A model generated the notes under the pieces. It searched no databases and had not been told where the DNA came from. It saw only the letters and a list, made by a program, of their open reading frames with translations. A DNA stretch of 63,906 nt, the filler included, from Xylographa opegraphella (Eukaryota): the NCBI GenBank assembly GCA_022813865.1. It is 4 parts of 4 records of this genome, joined end to end, with 100 filler letters (N's around TTAATTAATTAA, not from the genome) between each part and the next. Parts side by side here need not be neighbours in the genome. Positions count along the whole stretch, not along the records: positions 1 to 17,063 come from JALDZX010000146.1; positions 17,164 to 33,383 come from JALDZX010000147.1; 2 more parts are not named here. The stretch is one strand, 5' to 3'. Of the stretch, positions 13,640-25,831 are shown piece by piece. The stretch's first letter is position 1; the number at the start of each line of letters is the position of its first letter. The position numbers were made by a program, and so were the translations under genes.

Positions 13640-14064
13640 TTTAATTTGTGTTGAATTTGAAAGATATAAAATTAATTTTAATAAGAATGAGAAAATATTC
13701 AGGGCGAAACTTTGAATATATTCTGTATCAATTATATTTAAAAGGTTTCAAAAGCAATAAAAAAAGAAATAAAAAAACTCGCAGGCGTTCGCCTATTTTT
13801 AAATTTTTTTATCCCCGGGTAGTTATACTCGCTTTGAGGGCCCTCTTCGAGGGCGTTTCTTAAGAACTCGAATTTGTAAATTTTTATTTGGATATTTTTA
13901 TTTGGATATTTTTATTTGGATATTTTTATTTGGATATTTTATTTGGATATTTTTATTTGGATATTTTTATTTGGATATTTTATTTGGATATTTTTATTAT
14001 ATATAAATATTAAAGTTTATTGCCAATAAAATTATTATCGAATAACGCTTTGTCATCGAGTAAT
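13640..14064. repeat. Repeat family H, right copy, inverted relative to 11549-12070
   Basis: e.g. aaatattcagggcgaa here vs ttcgccctgaatattt in the left copy; cgagtaat vs attactcg. Confidence 0.7.
13881..13998. repeat. 14-bp minisatellite (TTTTTATTTGGATA)n, about 8 units
   Basis: Directly visible. Confidence 0.9.
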
Positions 14065-14166
14065 TGTAAAATATAAAGTTTTGCAGTAACGTTTAACTTG
14101 TTTATCTGCCTGTCTGTCGATTTGTTTATCCGTTTGTTTGTCGATTCATATTTTAAATGTGATTTC

Positions 14167-14397
14167 TGTTACGGCTCGCTATTTCATCAGAAAAGCAGAT
14201 TTAGAACCACAGTTATAAATAAACGATTTCAACCTAAAATAATATAAGAAAGCAAGTTTAATAATACACGTGGAAGTTAAAATAAACAGTGCTAACGTCA
14301 AGACTTTTAATCGTTTTCGAACTAGCCTGAGTCCCGGACGCGCTTTAGTCCCGTTTCGTTTATCATTTATTAAAATGTCATGTAACACGTCGTTACA
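14167..14397 (+). mobile_element. Solo-LTR family B, RIP-mutated copy inside a G LTR
   Basis: ATTTC target-site duplication at 14162-14166 and 14398-14402; differs from other B copies mostly by C>T/G>A changes. Confidence 0.9.
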
Positions 14398-15685
14398 ATT
14401 TCTGACTGCTCGTATCATGGGCGTGGCTTTTTATCTAAATAGCTCAATATATATATAATCAAAATCTGCGATTTTAAATACTTCTCTTTTTAATTTCAAT
14501 TTAATAATTAAATACGTATTATATTTCGAGCCTAAAATCTCGTGTTTTATATATTTCGATTTTTTATTAAAATCGCTCGGTTAAATAAGCGTATTTTTTT
14601 GTTCGCTTTTTTCTTTTCGATTACGTTTATTTCGTATAATATTTTTTCCGATACGTATTCAAACTGCTGCTGTTTTTTAGGTTAACGTAAATAAAATAAT
14701 CATATTAAATCTTATAATTAACGACGAGGTTAATATAGTACGAAACGATTTTTTTAAACGAAATAATTATATTAAAAGAAATCGCTTAAAATACTACGAT
14801 TATATTTAAAAGCTTTTAAATTTAAACTCGACGAACGTTTATAAATTTTATAATAATAAATTAAACGTTTTTAAAGTAATTCAAAATAATTATTTACTCG
14901 AATTACGTATATAAATATTATTAGCTATATTTAATAAATTTAACCGAAATTTAATTATAAAAAATGGTTTGTTCGTATCAGGTGTATATATACGATTGTT
15001 ATACATCGACGAGTTTATGCTACGGGACCCTGGTAAATATTTATTTATATTAAAATACGTATTATCGACGATACGTACTGAGGAACTCGCGCTTCGCGAA
15101 ATTAATTTAATTTACGTTTAATTTAAAGCAAAATCTATTATATAATTAAGAAAATTCAAGGATATTTTAATAAGTAACAAAATGTAATTATACAGTATAT
15201 TTTAAAAAAAATTATATTTTACGAATATTTTCGCAACAGTTTTTAAAGAACTTTAAAAAAGATTTATAAATATTAAAGTCTTAATTATTTAAATATTATT
15301 ATATCAAAACGGGAAATCATCCAAAATTTCGTTTAATTTTATTGCTATTTTATTAATATAAACTTTCGAACTATTATTATCGAACAGCGAATCGAAAGGT
15401 TACGACGTTTTTGAAATCCCGTTTAATTAATTTTTAATTTATAATAAAATTAAAGACTCGAAGATTTCATTAATAAATATAAAAAATAATTTCGAACGAG
15501 ATTTATATATTTTTCAATTAAATAAAGCTCGAATATTATACGCGTTAAAAAATTTAAAAAACAAATTAATTATAAAACGTTAATAATAATTTATTAAAAT
15601 AAAAGGATTTTATTCTGTAATTATTTTACAATATTACTTTAAATTTTAAATAAAGAAATACTATAGAAATATTAATATAAACACG

Positions 15686-16046
15686 TGATAAGGTTCTGAC
15701 CAATGTTGTGTGGAACAAGAGTCGGTGAAACTTTATTCCGATTTCCTCCTTTGCCTCCCTGCGGAGGCATAGGAGGCGTGACCCCTTTATCTCAATGGCC
15801 TCCCTCGGAAGGCATGGGAGACATTTTAAAATAAAACTTTTATATAAAGTAAAGGATTTCCTTTATTGTAAAAAGCGTATTCAACTCATATTATAATTTT
15901 AAATTAATAAACTTTAATATAATACTGTACAAAAATTATTATTTTTAAAGAACGATTAATTTATTACTATATTTTCCTATTATTTACTAACGAATTCAAC
16001 CCAGATCCCTAATCGAATTATATTAATAAGAAGCAGAATCGTAACA
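15686..16046. mobile_element. LTR-like family D (about 360 bp; left boundary uncertain)
   Basis: Right end caacccagatccctaatcga...atcgtaaca matches 33484-33543 and the reverse complement of 48851-48910; GC-rich left half. Confidence 0.55.
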
Positions 16047-16717
16047 CTTTAAACACTTTTAAAATAAATGTATCAAAAGTACGACCAAATTCAATTCTAA
16101 AGGTTATAAAAAGCAATAAAAGAAATATTATAAAACAAAAATAATCGTATTAAAATAAAAATCCCCGATAAATATAAAGAAAATAAAGATTATTTAAAGA
16201 ATTAATTTATATAAATAAAAATATTCTTCAAATTTTAGGGGAACAGTGTTTTAAAATTAAAAAGGTTATTTTTCGCTATTATATATATACGAGAACAAGC
16301 TCAAAAATGAGTCGCCCATTATTTTACAAAACATTTTAAGAATTCTGACGACGAAAATTTCAAGTGATTGAAAAGCTTTGCGATATTTAAAACGAAAATC
16401 AGAAAAATTTTCGAATTATTAAACGAAAAAATATGGCTATACGAATCATATAGTATTTTGAATAAAAAATATTTAATCGTAGTATTTAATAATATTCAAA
16501 TTAATTTATCGCTTTAAATTAAATAGTTATTATTTAAAAAATAATACGTTTCGTTTCGTAATCGCAATATCGATAATATATAGAAATTTTATTATTTGCG
16601 ACGGCTTATTATTTTTTGAAAATAATAAATTTTATATTTTATTCGTACTACGAAAACATATTTTAAAAAAGTGTTATAATATTTTAATAGCGAAATATTT
16701 CGAAATAATAAAAATAT

Positions 16718-16971
16718 TGTAAAGGAATTCGTAGGAAGTCCGCAGCAGCCTAGTTGAGTAGGCAAAGGGGTAGGCAAAAGGATTGGATCGGGGTCGCAGC
16801 TAGGTCAAGTCTTTTCTGAATAAGGTCACTTTCCGTCCGACAGAGAGTGAAAAGAAGAAAAAAACGAATTAACTGCCGTTGTGGCTCTGCTGCTCTATCG
16901 CTATATGCAGATGCGTGAGGAAGGAAGCTCCAAATCAAAAAGCGCCCAAAAGACCCGCCCCGAATCCACCA

Positions 16972-16973
<2 letters not shown>
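16718..16973 (-). mobile_element. Solo-LTR family F (256 bp, little RIP)
   Basis: TGT...ACA ends; homologous to 6309-6797. Confidence 0.8.
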
Positions 16974-17063
<90 letters not shown>

Positions 17064-17064
17064 N
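16974..17064. repeat. (TTA)n microsatellite running into a gap
   Basis: Directly visible. Confidence 0.95.
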
Positions 17065-17163
17065 NNNNNNNNNNNNNNNNNNNNNNNNNNNNNNNNNNNN
17101 NNNNNNNTTAATTAATTAANNNNNNNNNNNNNNNNNNNNNNNNNNNNNNNNNNNNNNNNNNNN
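17065..17163. other. Assembly gap with artificial six-frame-stop linker TTAATTAATTAA
   Basis: N run, TTAATTAATTAA (17108-17119), N run; same design at two other sites. Confidence 0.9.
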
Positions 17164-17223
17164 GGTGCTAGTCCTGATCCAGCCCGACCCCTATTACTTG
17201 TGACTGATGTCATAATCGTCACA
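17164..17223 (+). mobile_element. Family A LTR, 3' 60 bp at a contig edge
   Basis: Matches the 3' end of 26547-26729. Confidence 0.85.
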
Positions 17224-18093
17224 CGCTGTAAATCTTTTTTTCGACGATCGATTATATTTAAAATTATTTTATAAAGTTATTTTTTTAATTTATTTTTAAT
17301 ACTTATTAATATATTTTCTTTATATATAATTGTACGTATTTAATAAATATATAATTGCTACGATAAAAATATTTGTATAATTTTTTTTTAAAAAGATTTA
17401 TTATATAATTTTTTAATAATTTTATTAGCCTTTTGTCGCTATTTTTAAAAATTGATTTATCGTACAATCAAATTCTTTTCAAAAACATATTAAATTAATT
17501 GCATTAAATTAATGTTCCTTATTTATAAAATTTAAAGTATTTTTTCGTTCGAAAAAGCTATATCGAAAAATAAAATTTATATACGATTATATAATTCTGG
17601 CGTATCAATTATACGTTGTTTTTTAAAAAAAAATTTTAAAATATATAAAAAAGTACTTCTGTCGATTTTATGTTAATAAATATATTATAATCATTTAATA
17701 ATATCAAAAATCGTACAGTTTTTATCGTAAAAACGTATAATAAAATCTTTAAAAAAATTTAAAACGTTTAACTAAAATGTCATTATCGTACGAGATTAAA
17801 TAATAAATAAACGCAGCTAAATTTACAAAAACCGAAAGTTAAACAGCGGGGTTGAGTTTTTGGACGAAGCCCTTTATCGCCCATCGTACCAAATGCACCC
17901 CGTCTGAGGTAAGGTACGGAGGTACTGAGGCAACCATTTAACTAAACGTTGCTCCTAACTTGTTTGTAAGCAAAGCACTAACCCGCAGGGACTTAGTGCG
18001 CCCCGTCTGAGGGACTGCGGCAACATGAACACCATCATCAATCGGCATCTTTTCGCAGCGTGATATTGTCTGTCTGTCATACCGACTACAACA

Positions 18094-18969
18094 ATGGCTT
18101 CAATAATGCGGCCTTCGATGTTCCGAAAAGCACTACGATCAGCTATAATGCCCCAGAAAGCTTTTACATCAACTGTACCTATCTTGTCCTCAAAAGCATT
18201 GGTGTTCACCCCATCGACCTCTCGTGCTCAACCCTTCCAGATATCAGATCTACAGAGTAATGTTCCAGCATGTACTCGCATTGCAGCGTTTCATAATTCT
18301 TCGAGAATGGCAATATTACCCGCTCTTCCCCGTCAGTCAATGATACCCCACCACTGCGTGTGTTACTAATGCATAAAATAGAACGCATTGCCGGAACAAG
18401 TAGTACCCCCCTCCACGATTCTCCTATGCTGTTGGCCTAATCCAATCTCGATATAGTCAATGAAGCGGTTACGGTTCCAGGTACAACCAATTCGTTGAAT
18501 TTGAGCTCTGAACTTATTCTCTCTATCGATAGACCCCTCGCCCACACATGGGAGCTATCACTGGACATTTGAAAGGTTAGCTTCTCTTTGTTATGTGCAG
18601 TACAGCTAGCTCATGTTATAAATATCTAGATTGCTCTCCGCCGCCCTCATCCCCCTTACAATAGCCCCATTCGCAGCTGGTTCTCTAAATCCTATTATGG
18701 ATGCTACACTCTGTTTCACCATACTCATACATTCACACATAGGGTTTGAGTACGAGTTCAATTTAATACAGGGTATGGTACCTCCGCTAAATCACCTCTG
18801 CAGATCCATCATAATCGATTACATCCCGATCAAGAGACTGCCCAAAACCCGACTTCTATTTTGGTGGGGATTGAGAGCTGCGACAGTACTTGTTGGTGTT
18901 GGATTGTACGAGTTTGAGACAAATGACGTGGGAATCACCGAGGCCATAAAGGATATCTGGATAGCATGA
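18094..18969 (+). CDS. SDH4: Succinate dehydrogenase cytochrome b small subunit (CybS); exons 18094-18331, 18382-18399, 18457-18480, 18533-18575, 18630-18749, 18804-18969
   Basis: Spliced product has a mitochondrial presequence, HGSYHWTFER, HSHIGFESIIIDY and YEFETNDVG; all introns GT-AG and in phase. Confidence 0.92.
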
Positions 18970-19438
18970 GTTCAGGGTATTCAACAGGATTCCTAAATAA
19001 GCTTTTGGGTGTCGTGAACTTTACGCCTAACCTCATTCTTGTTACCTTACTGATCAGTCAGCAGGATGTACATAATTTTATCGTGTTTTAGATACATGTT
19101 GACGCGTAGCGTATCTAGTATCACATTCATTTTCCGACCAAGGTCTCCGCTGCGAGGATTGTGAAATAGAAGGCAGTTCTTTCCCAACGACTTCATACTA
19201 TTGTTGCTGTCGAGAGACTGGAGAAGCCTTCGAAGATAATATTCTGTAAAAGGATCAAACGCTATGCAGGTGTTCTGAACAGTCGAGTATATTCAACCGT
19301 GACATATCGTCGTCCCGTCTAGAACTATGATCGCTTGTGGCCATTTAATGCTGTTGAGAGAGCGAAAGCCGAAAGACCTTGTCAACTTTAAGACATATCA
19401 TAAGGCCCTCTGCTGCAAGCATCTCCTATCGCTACTCC

Positions 19439-21396
19439 TTATTTTCGTACTCTCCTCGCATGCCTGACGAGGTTCTCAATCACCCCTTCGAATACTTCCT
19501 TATCCCCCGCAGCATCTTCCTTTCTCTTCACCCAATATTGCAAGACTTCTTTGCCTCGTTGCATAAGTTCTTCTAATCTCGAAATATGGGCTTGAAGCTC
19601 TAGGTCACCAAGGTTCTCAAGCGCGGCTCCGGTCACATTGCAAAATTGTCTAATGGCCACCATATCAAAATCTGGCGGGGAGGTCGACCCCTTACTTTTC
19701 TTTGATCCTGACTTGAGATTTCCCATGGACGTAATCGGTGTACCGGGTGACCTATCGATCGAAGTAGTTGAAGCGTTGGCATCCGTCTTTCTCAGCCACG
19801 CTACCGATGCTTTCCGCGGATCTCTGGGGCTTGACGAGCCGGCAGAGGTAAACGGAAGGATGAGCTTCTTTTGTTTTGATGCAGGGAGAATTTCATCAAG
19901 ATCGACTGGAACTCCCAAAGAAACTAGGAACAGTCGCCGGATCCGCGACTGTGTCCAATTAGGTGGCTGCAAGGGCGGTGGAGCGACAAGTTGTGTCCAA
20001 AGCGATAGGGACCGGTCGGTCAGAAAAACAGAGTTGGTGTCTTCTTGATCTTGAGTTGGCAGGGTAGTGGAAGAATAAGCTGCCGGAAAGAGGGCAGCCA
20101 GCTGTGGTGTTGCAGCTTCAATTATGTCTTCGAGGGAAATGAGGGAGGGAAAGTCAAGGAGGGGCTAGAGTAGTAGTACAAATCAGCTTTGAGCTGATAT
20201 GCCTCGGTGTATGAAGACCAGCAAGTTAATACGATTTATGCATGGATGTTATACTACTTACGAAGGACTTCAACGTAATACGAGATATCTGCTTTGAGAA
20301 TGCAGAGCCAGCATCCTCCATATTGCGTATTGGTTTCGATCCGTTATCAAAGTCACCAAAATCACCGACCGCTGCGCTCTCTTCGAAATCGTCAAACTCA
20401 TCGCCTAAGCTTTCTTCGTTGCCTTCAGCACTACTCGTGTGGTGGTCAGTATCTGGATTTAGAACTTCGGTTTCCGCATTGTTCTCATTATCGTCCTCAT
20501 CCTTCTCCTCATCGTCCTCCTCATCCTTCTCCTCATCGTCCTCATCGTCCTCCTCATCCTTCTCCTCATCGTCCTCCTCATCCTGGTATTCCATAGGACC
20601 AAAGCCACCATCTGCAGCTATCGGTGAGGTCCCCATGGTTGAAGATCGTAGGTTCAATTCGCCGAAATACGAGGATCTGTTCACAGAAGACGTTGGCCAA
20701 CCTGACTAGGTCAATCGCTCGCTGGACGGCACCCAGCAAATCAACTCTACTTACCTGGAACGTCACCTTTCTTCTCGATACTATCGGGCTGTGCATCTTC
20801 CGTACGTATGTTGTAGGCATTAGTGCCAGGAACCTCTCCATGACTCGGAGCGGAGTCTACGCGCGTGACCACAGTCCTTGGAATTGGCACAACTGTTGGT
20901 GTACTAGCTCCGAGCGATATCGTTGGAGACGCCTGGCCTGGCGATGGAGCTTGTAGGATAGCATCTGGTACGGCATCGGCCAATCTGACTGCATACGCCG
21001 CAGTTCCTGGCACATCGCCATGGCTGGGTGACAGCGGGTCCACCTTCTCAACGACAGTCACTGGAACTAGGGTACTGCTTGGTTTTGTTGGCTGCTTTAA
21101 GCTCTTTGTAGTCGTTAGAGGCACGGTCAAATAGAGCACAGTGTGGGAATTCGCGCTACATTACTGGGCACATCGTTGTGTGCTGTAAGGCCATGTTTGG
21201 GGGGTTGCTCGCCATCACGGGCATCAGAAAAGACGTCCTCTTCATCATTTGACGACTCTGAACTGGGCTTAGCACATGTCCGGTTGGGGAATCCAGCGTT
21301 GATCTCACCAAGCTCGTGCGCACCTGGATCTTCAAGCTCGACGCTCTTACGAGGAGGTGCTAGAGTGGGACTTCTTGGTGGTTGGATGCACGCCAT
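19439..21396 (-). CDS. DUF5102 / Laa2-like AP-1 accessory protein, about 4 exons
   Basis: PPNWTQSRIRRLFLVSLGVPVDLDEILP, DFDDF/FGDF motifs, acidic tract, C-terminal FEGVIENLV; GT-AG introns join the ORF pieces; start inferred. Confidence 0.7.
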
Positions 21397-21739
21397 AGCG
21401 CAGCTTTGCGGTGCGTCCGTTGAGTACAAAGTCTGCCACGGATTGCGCTTGACGACCGCTGGTCAATAACTCGAGCAACAACACGTCGACCAAGATGCCC
21501 CTTGCGTGACTTCTGACCTACGGTCGATAAACTTCGCCAAAGATCACTCGAAGTGTCGGTATATTATGGGCGGCGGCTTTGCACCTTGCGGTCCACGGTC
21601 GATCCTTACCTTAGCTAACTGAAGTACGGAGTAGCGCTGGAATAGATTACCCATGTATGCAAAATATTGTAGCGAATATCAGAATTTAGCAAACTTCGAC
21701 ACGGGCACCCGTTTTCTGCCTTAAATCCTTAATTACCGC

Positions 21740-23990
21740 AAACCTGCAATTACTACGTTAAATAACATACGGGTGATTTGGGTAATTATAAAATTATATA
21801 AAGTTTAAAATTGCTAAAAATATAAAAATATTTTTAATATTTTATATTCTATTATTAAAATTATTAAATTTAAACATTTTAATATCAATTATTTTTGGAT
21901 ATAAAAAAACAGGAATTCGGAGTTAAAAAGTTTTTAAATAAAAAAATTAATAATATTTAATAAAGTAAAAAAATTATTTAAATTAAAAAAACACTTAGAA
22001 ATTATTAAAAATTTCTGCGATAATTTTACTAAAAATTATTTTTAAAAAATAAATTCTGTTAAAAAATTACGAAAAAATCTTGATAGCGCTTTTTTACGCT
22101 CGACGTTATTTTTTTAAAAGTTTAAATATTAAAAAATTTTTAATAAAAAAACCTGCGTTATTTTATCGTAAAAAAACTAATTTTTTTTAAATTTTTTACA
22201 GTTTAAAATTTAAAATTGAAGTTTATACGACGCTAGTCGACCGTAGTAATTATTAATAAATACGACGAATTTCTTTTAATATAAAATATGTATTTATTGA
22301 AATTAACGAAAATATAATAAAACTTTTTTTTAAATATATTTATTATAAAAATATCTAATAAATTCTTTTGAAATACGTATGTTTACTGATTATTTTTTGC
22401 GATAAATATAGTCAAAGCAATTCGATATTTTAAAAAAATTACGAGGTAAAAACTCTGGGAAAAAAATTGATATTAAAATCTTTATCTTTATAAAGTAAAT
22501 CGCGCGAATGAATTCATTAATTTTCGTGTTATTAAATATTATTAAAGAAAGTATTAAGGGCTGTTATGAAATTTTATTAAAAAGGCATTAAAATTATTAT
22601 TAAATACTATTATAAAAGGCAATAAAAGTATATAAAAATAATTTTTTTTATATAAAATAAAAGATTTTTTTCTTAAAAGACGTATTTAATTTATATTATA
22701 ATTTAATTCATAAAATAAATTTTTTTAATATAATTCTGTACGAAATTTTTATTTTTTTTCAAAATAATAAGTTTATTATTATACTTTTTTATTTATCTAT
22801 TTATTAATGAATTGAAATTAAATGCTTGATTGAAATATATCAATAAAATTCAAAATCGTAACAATATCGTAAAAAATCGTTGCTAATAAATTTTTTTAAA
22901 TATTAATAATTTTAATTCTCCATTTCGTAATTATCGATAAAATATATTATTATGGTTAAATTTTAATTATTTTTACGTACGTCGTTTTAAAGTTTTAGAT
23001 TTTTTATTTTATTATTTTTATCGTAAAGTTTTTATTGCAATAAATTTTCGACTTTTATTTAAAATTTTCCGGAAAAAGGTTTATTTTAATAAATATATTA
23101 ACGAACTTTTTAACGTTATTATAATTAAAATATACAAAACGCCGGTATTACGTACGTAATATATTATAATCGAGCCCTTTAAATTTTTAAACAATATTAC
23201 GATTTTCGTAGTTTAAATAATCAAAAAGATAATTCATTTTAAAAAATATATTTTTATATATAATTATATAATTTAAAAGTTTTTTGTTAAATTTAATTAA
23301 TCGTTTTTATTAAAATTAATTAAAATATTAATATCAATTTCGAATATGATTAAGAATTTTTTATTAACGATATTATAACGAATATTTAAATAATTATAAA
23401 TAATAAATAAATTTAAATAAAAAGTTTTATATTTAAATTTTTTAATAAAAGGTTTATTAACTATACTTTATTTTTATTTTTTGTTTTTTATTTTTTCGAA
23501 TTCAAATAAAAATAATTACGACGATAATAATATTTATTAAACTGATTGATATAAAAATTTTAATTATTATAATATTTTCGAGTTTGCTCGTAAATGCAAA
23601 TTATAATAACGTTAAATAAAAAAATTTTAATTTATTATAATTTATAAATTTTACAAACTTTCATTAAAGTTTAAAAGAATTTATATATTTTTATATAATA
23701 ATATTTTTTATATACTTAATTTAAATATATTAATCGTTTTAATTATCGAAGGTTTTTAAGAAAAATTATTTTTATTAAACTTCTATTATTTTAAATAAAA
23801 TTTAAATAGTTTTTAATTCAATTAAAAACGTTATTAATTCAAAATAGAATTTTATATCAAATAATAAGAATTTGATTATTTAGTAAAGCGATTCCGGGTT
23901 TATAACTATTACAATATAGGGTAATACAAAATATAAAAAATATAATTATATTGTAAATATTATGTAAAAGTTTACGGCTATATAAAATAC
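21740..23990. repeat. AT-rich RIP-degraded transposon relic (about 2.3 kb, unclassified)
   Basis: Sharp composition shift between two genes; no ORFs. Confidence 0.75.
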
Positions 23991-24297
23991 CTATTTGAGC
24001 GAACGAAAAAAATTTTCGGTACCCGAACCCTTCGTAATGCTCCGCACCGAATCGGGCAGGTCGCTTAATAATGCGATTGGGCGAGCCGTTAGCGGCTCCA
24101 CCTTCGACATCCACCCCCACTATCGAGTGCATATCGCTCACCTACTCACGGATGGAGAGGTGGAAGCTTCGCAATGAGTAAAAAAGGTCTGACGGGATAT
24201 CTTTCGACAATCACGATTCACCACTTCTATCTTCCACAGATCCTGCCATTTCGCGGTTTTCATGTCTAGTTCCAGCGCGTTCTGGATTTGTCAAGAT

Positions 24298-25831
24298 ATG
24301 GCCACAAGCCTGTGGTCTACTGGGGCTTTATGCCACTTTCAGCCTGTTGTTTACAAAGCAACAGTTGCAGGTCAAGCACAGCAGTGCATCACACAAGCTC
24401 CTGCCAGGCGCAGGCTTCACCAGAGCAACTATCAGAGCGCTACTGCTACTACCATCCCTCCATCCAGCAGACCAGCGGCACCCGAGTGTAAATCGAAGCC
24501 TCCACTTTCCCTGTTCCCTCTAAGCACCTTGCTCCGCTCCTACTGTATTACTTCGCTATCATGCTCGCCGATCCTCCTCTCGCCTTCTCTAAGCCTTCTC
24601 TCAACGCTTGTGCATTCAAGATCACCGCTCTTGAACCCGGATCGCAACCCTTTGCTACGGTACGCCCTGAAGAAGACATTCTATGCCCAGTTTTGCGCCG
24701 GGGAGAATTTGGCGGAGGTCAGGAAAACAATGGCGAGCTTGAAAGATATGGGGTTTGAAGGAGTGATATTGGGATATGCAAAGGAGGTGGTGGTGGTGGA
24801 GGGAGGCGAGAGTGCGGAGAATGAGGAACCGGATGCAGGAACCGTGGAAGCAGAAGTGACTGCCTGGAGGAAAGGGACACTAGAAACTGTAAGTCTTGCA
24901 CAAAAGGGGGATTATGTGGCTTTGAAGTAAGCACCGAGTTTTTCTCGAGAAGTCGTAGAACAAACCCCCTAACGCAAACCGTAGGTTTACAGGCGCAGGA
25001 AGCCGAGCCCTACATGAGCTCACCAATTGTTTGCCTCCTGGTAAAGTACTGAAAGAAGCAATTATTGAGATCTGCGACTTTGCCAAGAGAAGAAATGTCC
25101 GGATACTCTTCGATGCTGAGCAGACTACCGTGCAGGCCGGTATTGATATGTGGACGTTAGCTTTCCAGCGAAAATACAATTGCGAAGTGCCTGAACAAGC
25201 TCTTGTATATGGCACTTACCAAGCATACTTGCGGTCGACACCAGCAACACTCGCCAGGCATATTGCAGTCGCATGGGACGAGCGCTTCACGCTTGGTGTG
25301 AAGCTCGTGCGAGGTGCCTACCTTGGTAGTGATCCCCGCCACCTATTCTGGAGTGAAAAGGAGGACACTGACAAGGCATACAACGAGATTGCAGAATCGT
25401 TGATCCAGAGGCGTTTCAATAACTTACTGAAGCCATTACAGGGAAAGGAGAGTAGAGAATTCCCTGATGTCAACCTTGTACTCGCTTCCCACAATCTCAA
25501 ATCGGTAAAGCAAGCTATGAGCATCAGAAAGGAACAGCTTGCGCTCGACCAGAAGAGAATCCACATGACATATGGACAGCTCATGGGTATGGCAGACCAT
25601 GTCAGCTGTGAGCTGATACTGGCTAGGAAGCTTGCACACGATTTGCAGCAACCTCCATACGAAAAAAGAGATACGCCGATGGTTCACAAATATCTTGTCT
25701 GGGGTACGGTTGGCGAGTGTTTGAAGTATTTATTGCGGAGAGCCCAGGAGAACCGAGACGCAGTCGTTAGGACAGAAGACGCTCGTTTAGAACTGAGGAA
25801 GGAGTTGGTTAGAAGATTGATGAGGAATTAA
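24298..25831 (+). CDS. PUT1: Proline dehydrogenase; intron 24927-24984; alternative ATG at 24262
   Basis: FYAQFCAGE, LKFTGAG across the intron, DAEQ, YQAYL, KLVRGAY, ASHN, GQLMGMAD, YLLRRAQEN. Confidence 0.93.

Larger units (their letters stand above)
14065..16717 (+). mobile_element. RIP-degraded, internally deleted Ty3/gypsy family G copy (5' LTR 14065-14551 interrupted by B)
   Basis: LTR matches 38909-39138; 14585-15685 matches 33544-34620; 16500-16717 matches about 37146-37350. Confidence 0.75.

Noticed and set aside
16879..17115. Poly-Tyr / poly-Leu ORFs
   Set aside because: Translations of the (TTA)n microsatellite and gap
17108..17119. TTAATTAATTAA palindrome repeated three times (also 33428, 48955)
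   Set aside because: Always embedded in about 100-bp N gaps; an artificial all-frame stop linker, not biology
20242..20709. Ser-rich plus-strand ORF and other antisense ORFs overlapping real genes
   Set aside because: Shadows of coding sequence on the opposite strand
21700..24030. hAT-like terminal repeats (cgggcaccc / cggtacccg)
   Set aside because: Match too short and no TSD identified; left as an unclassified relic
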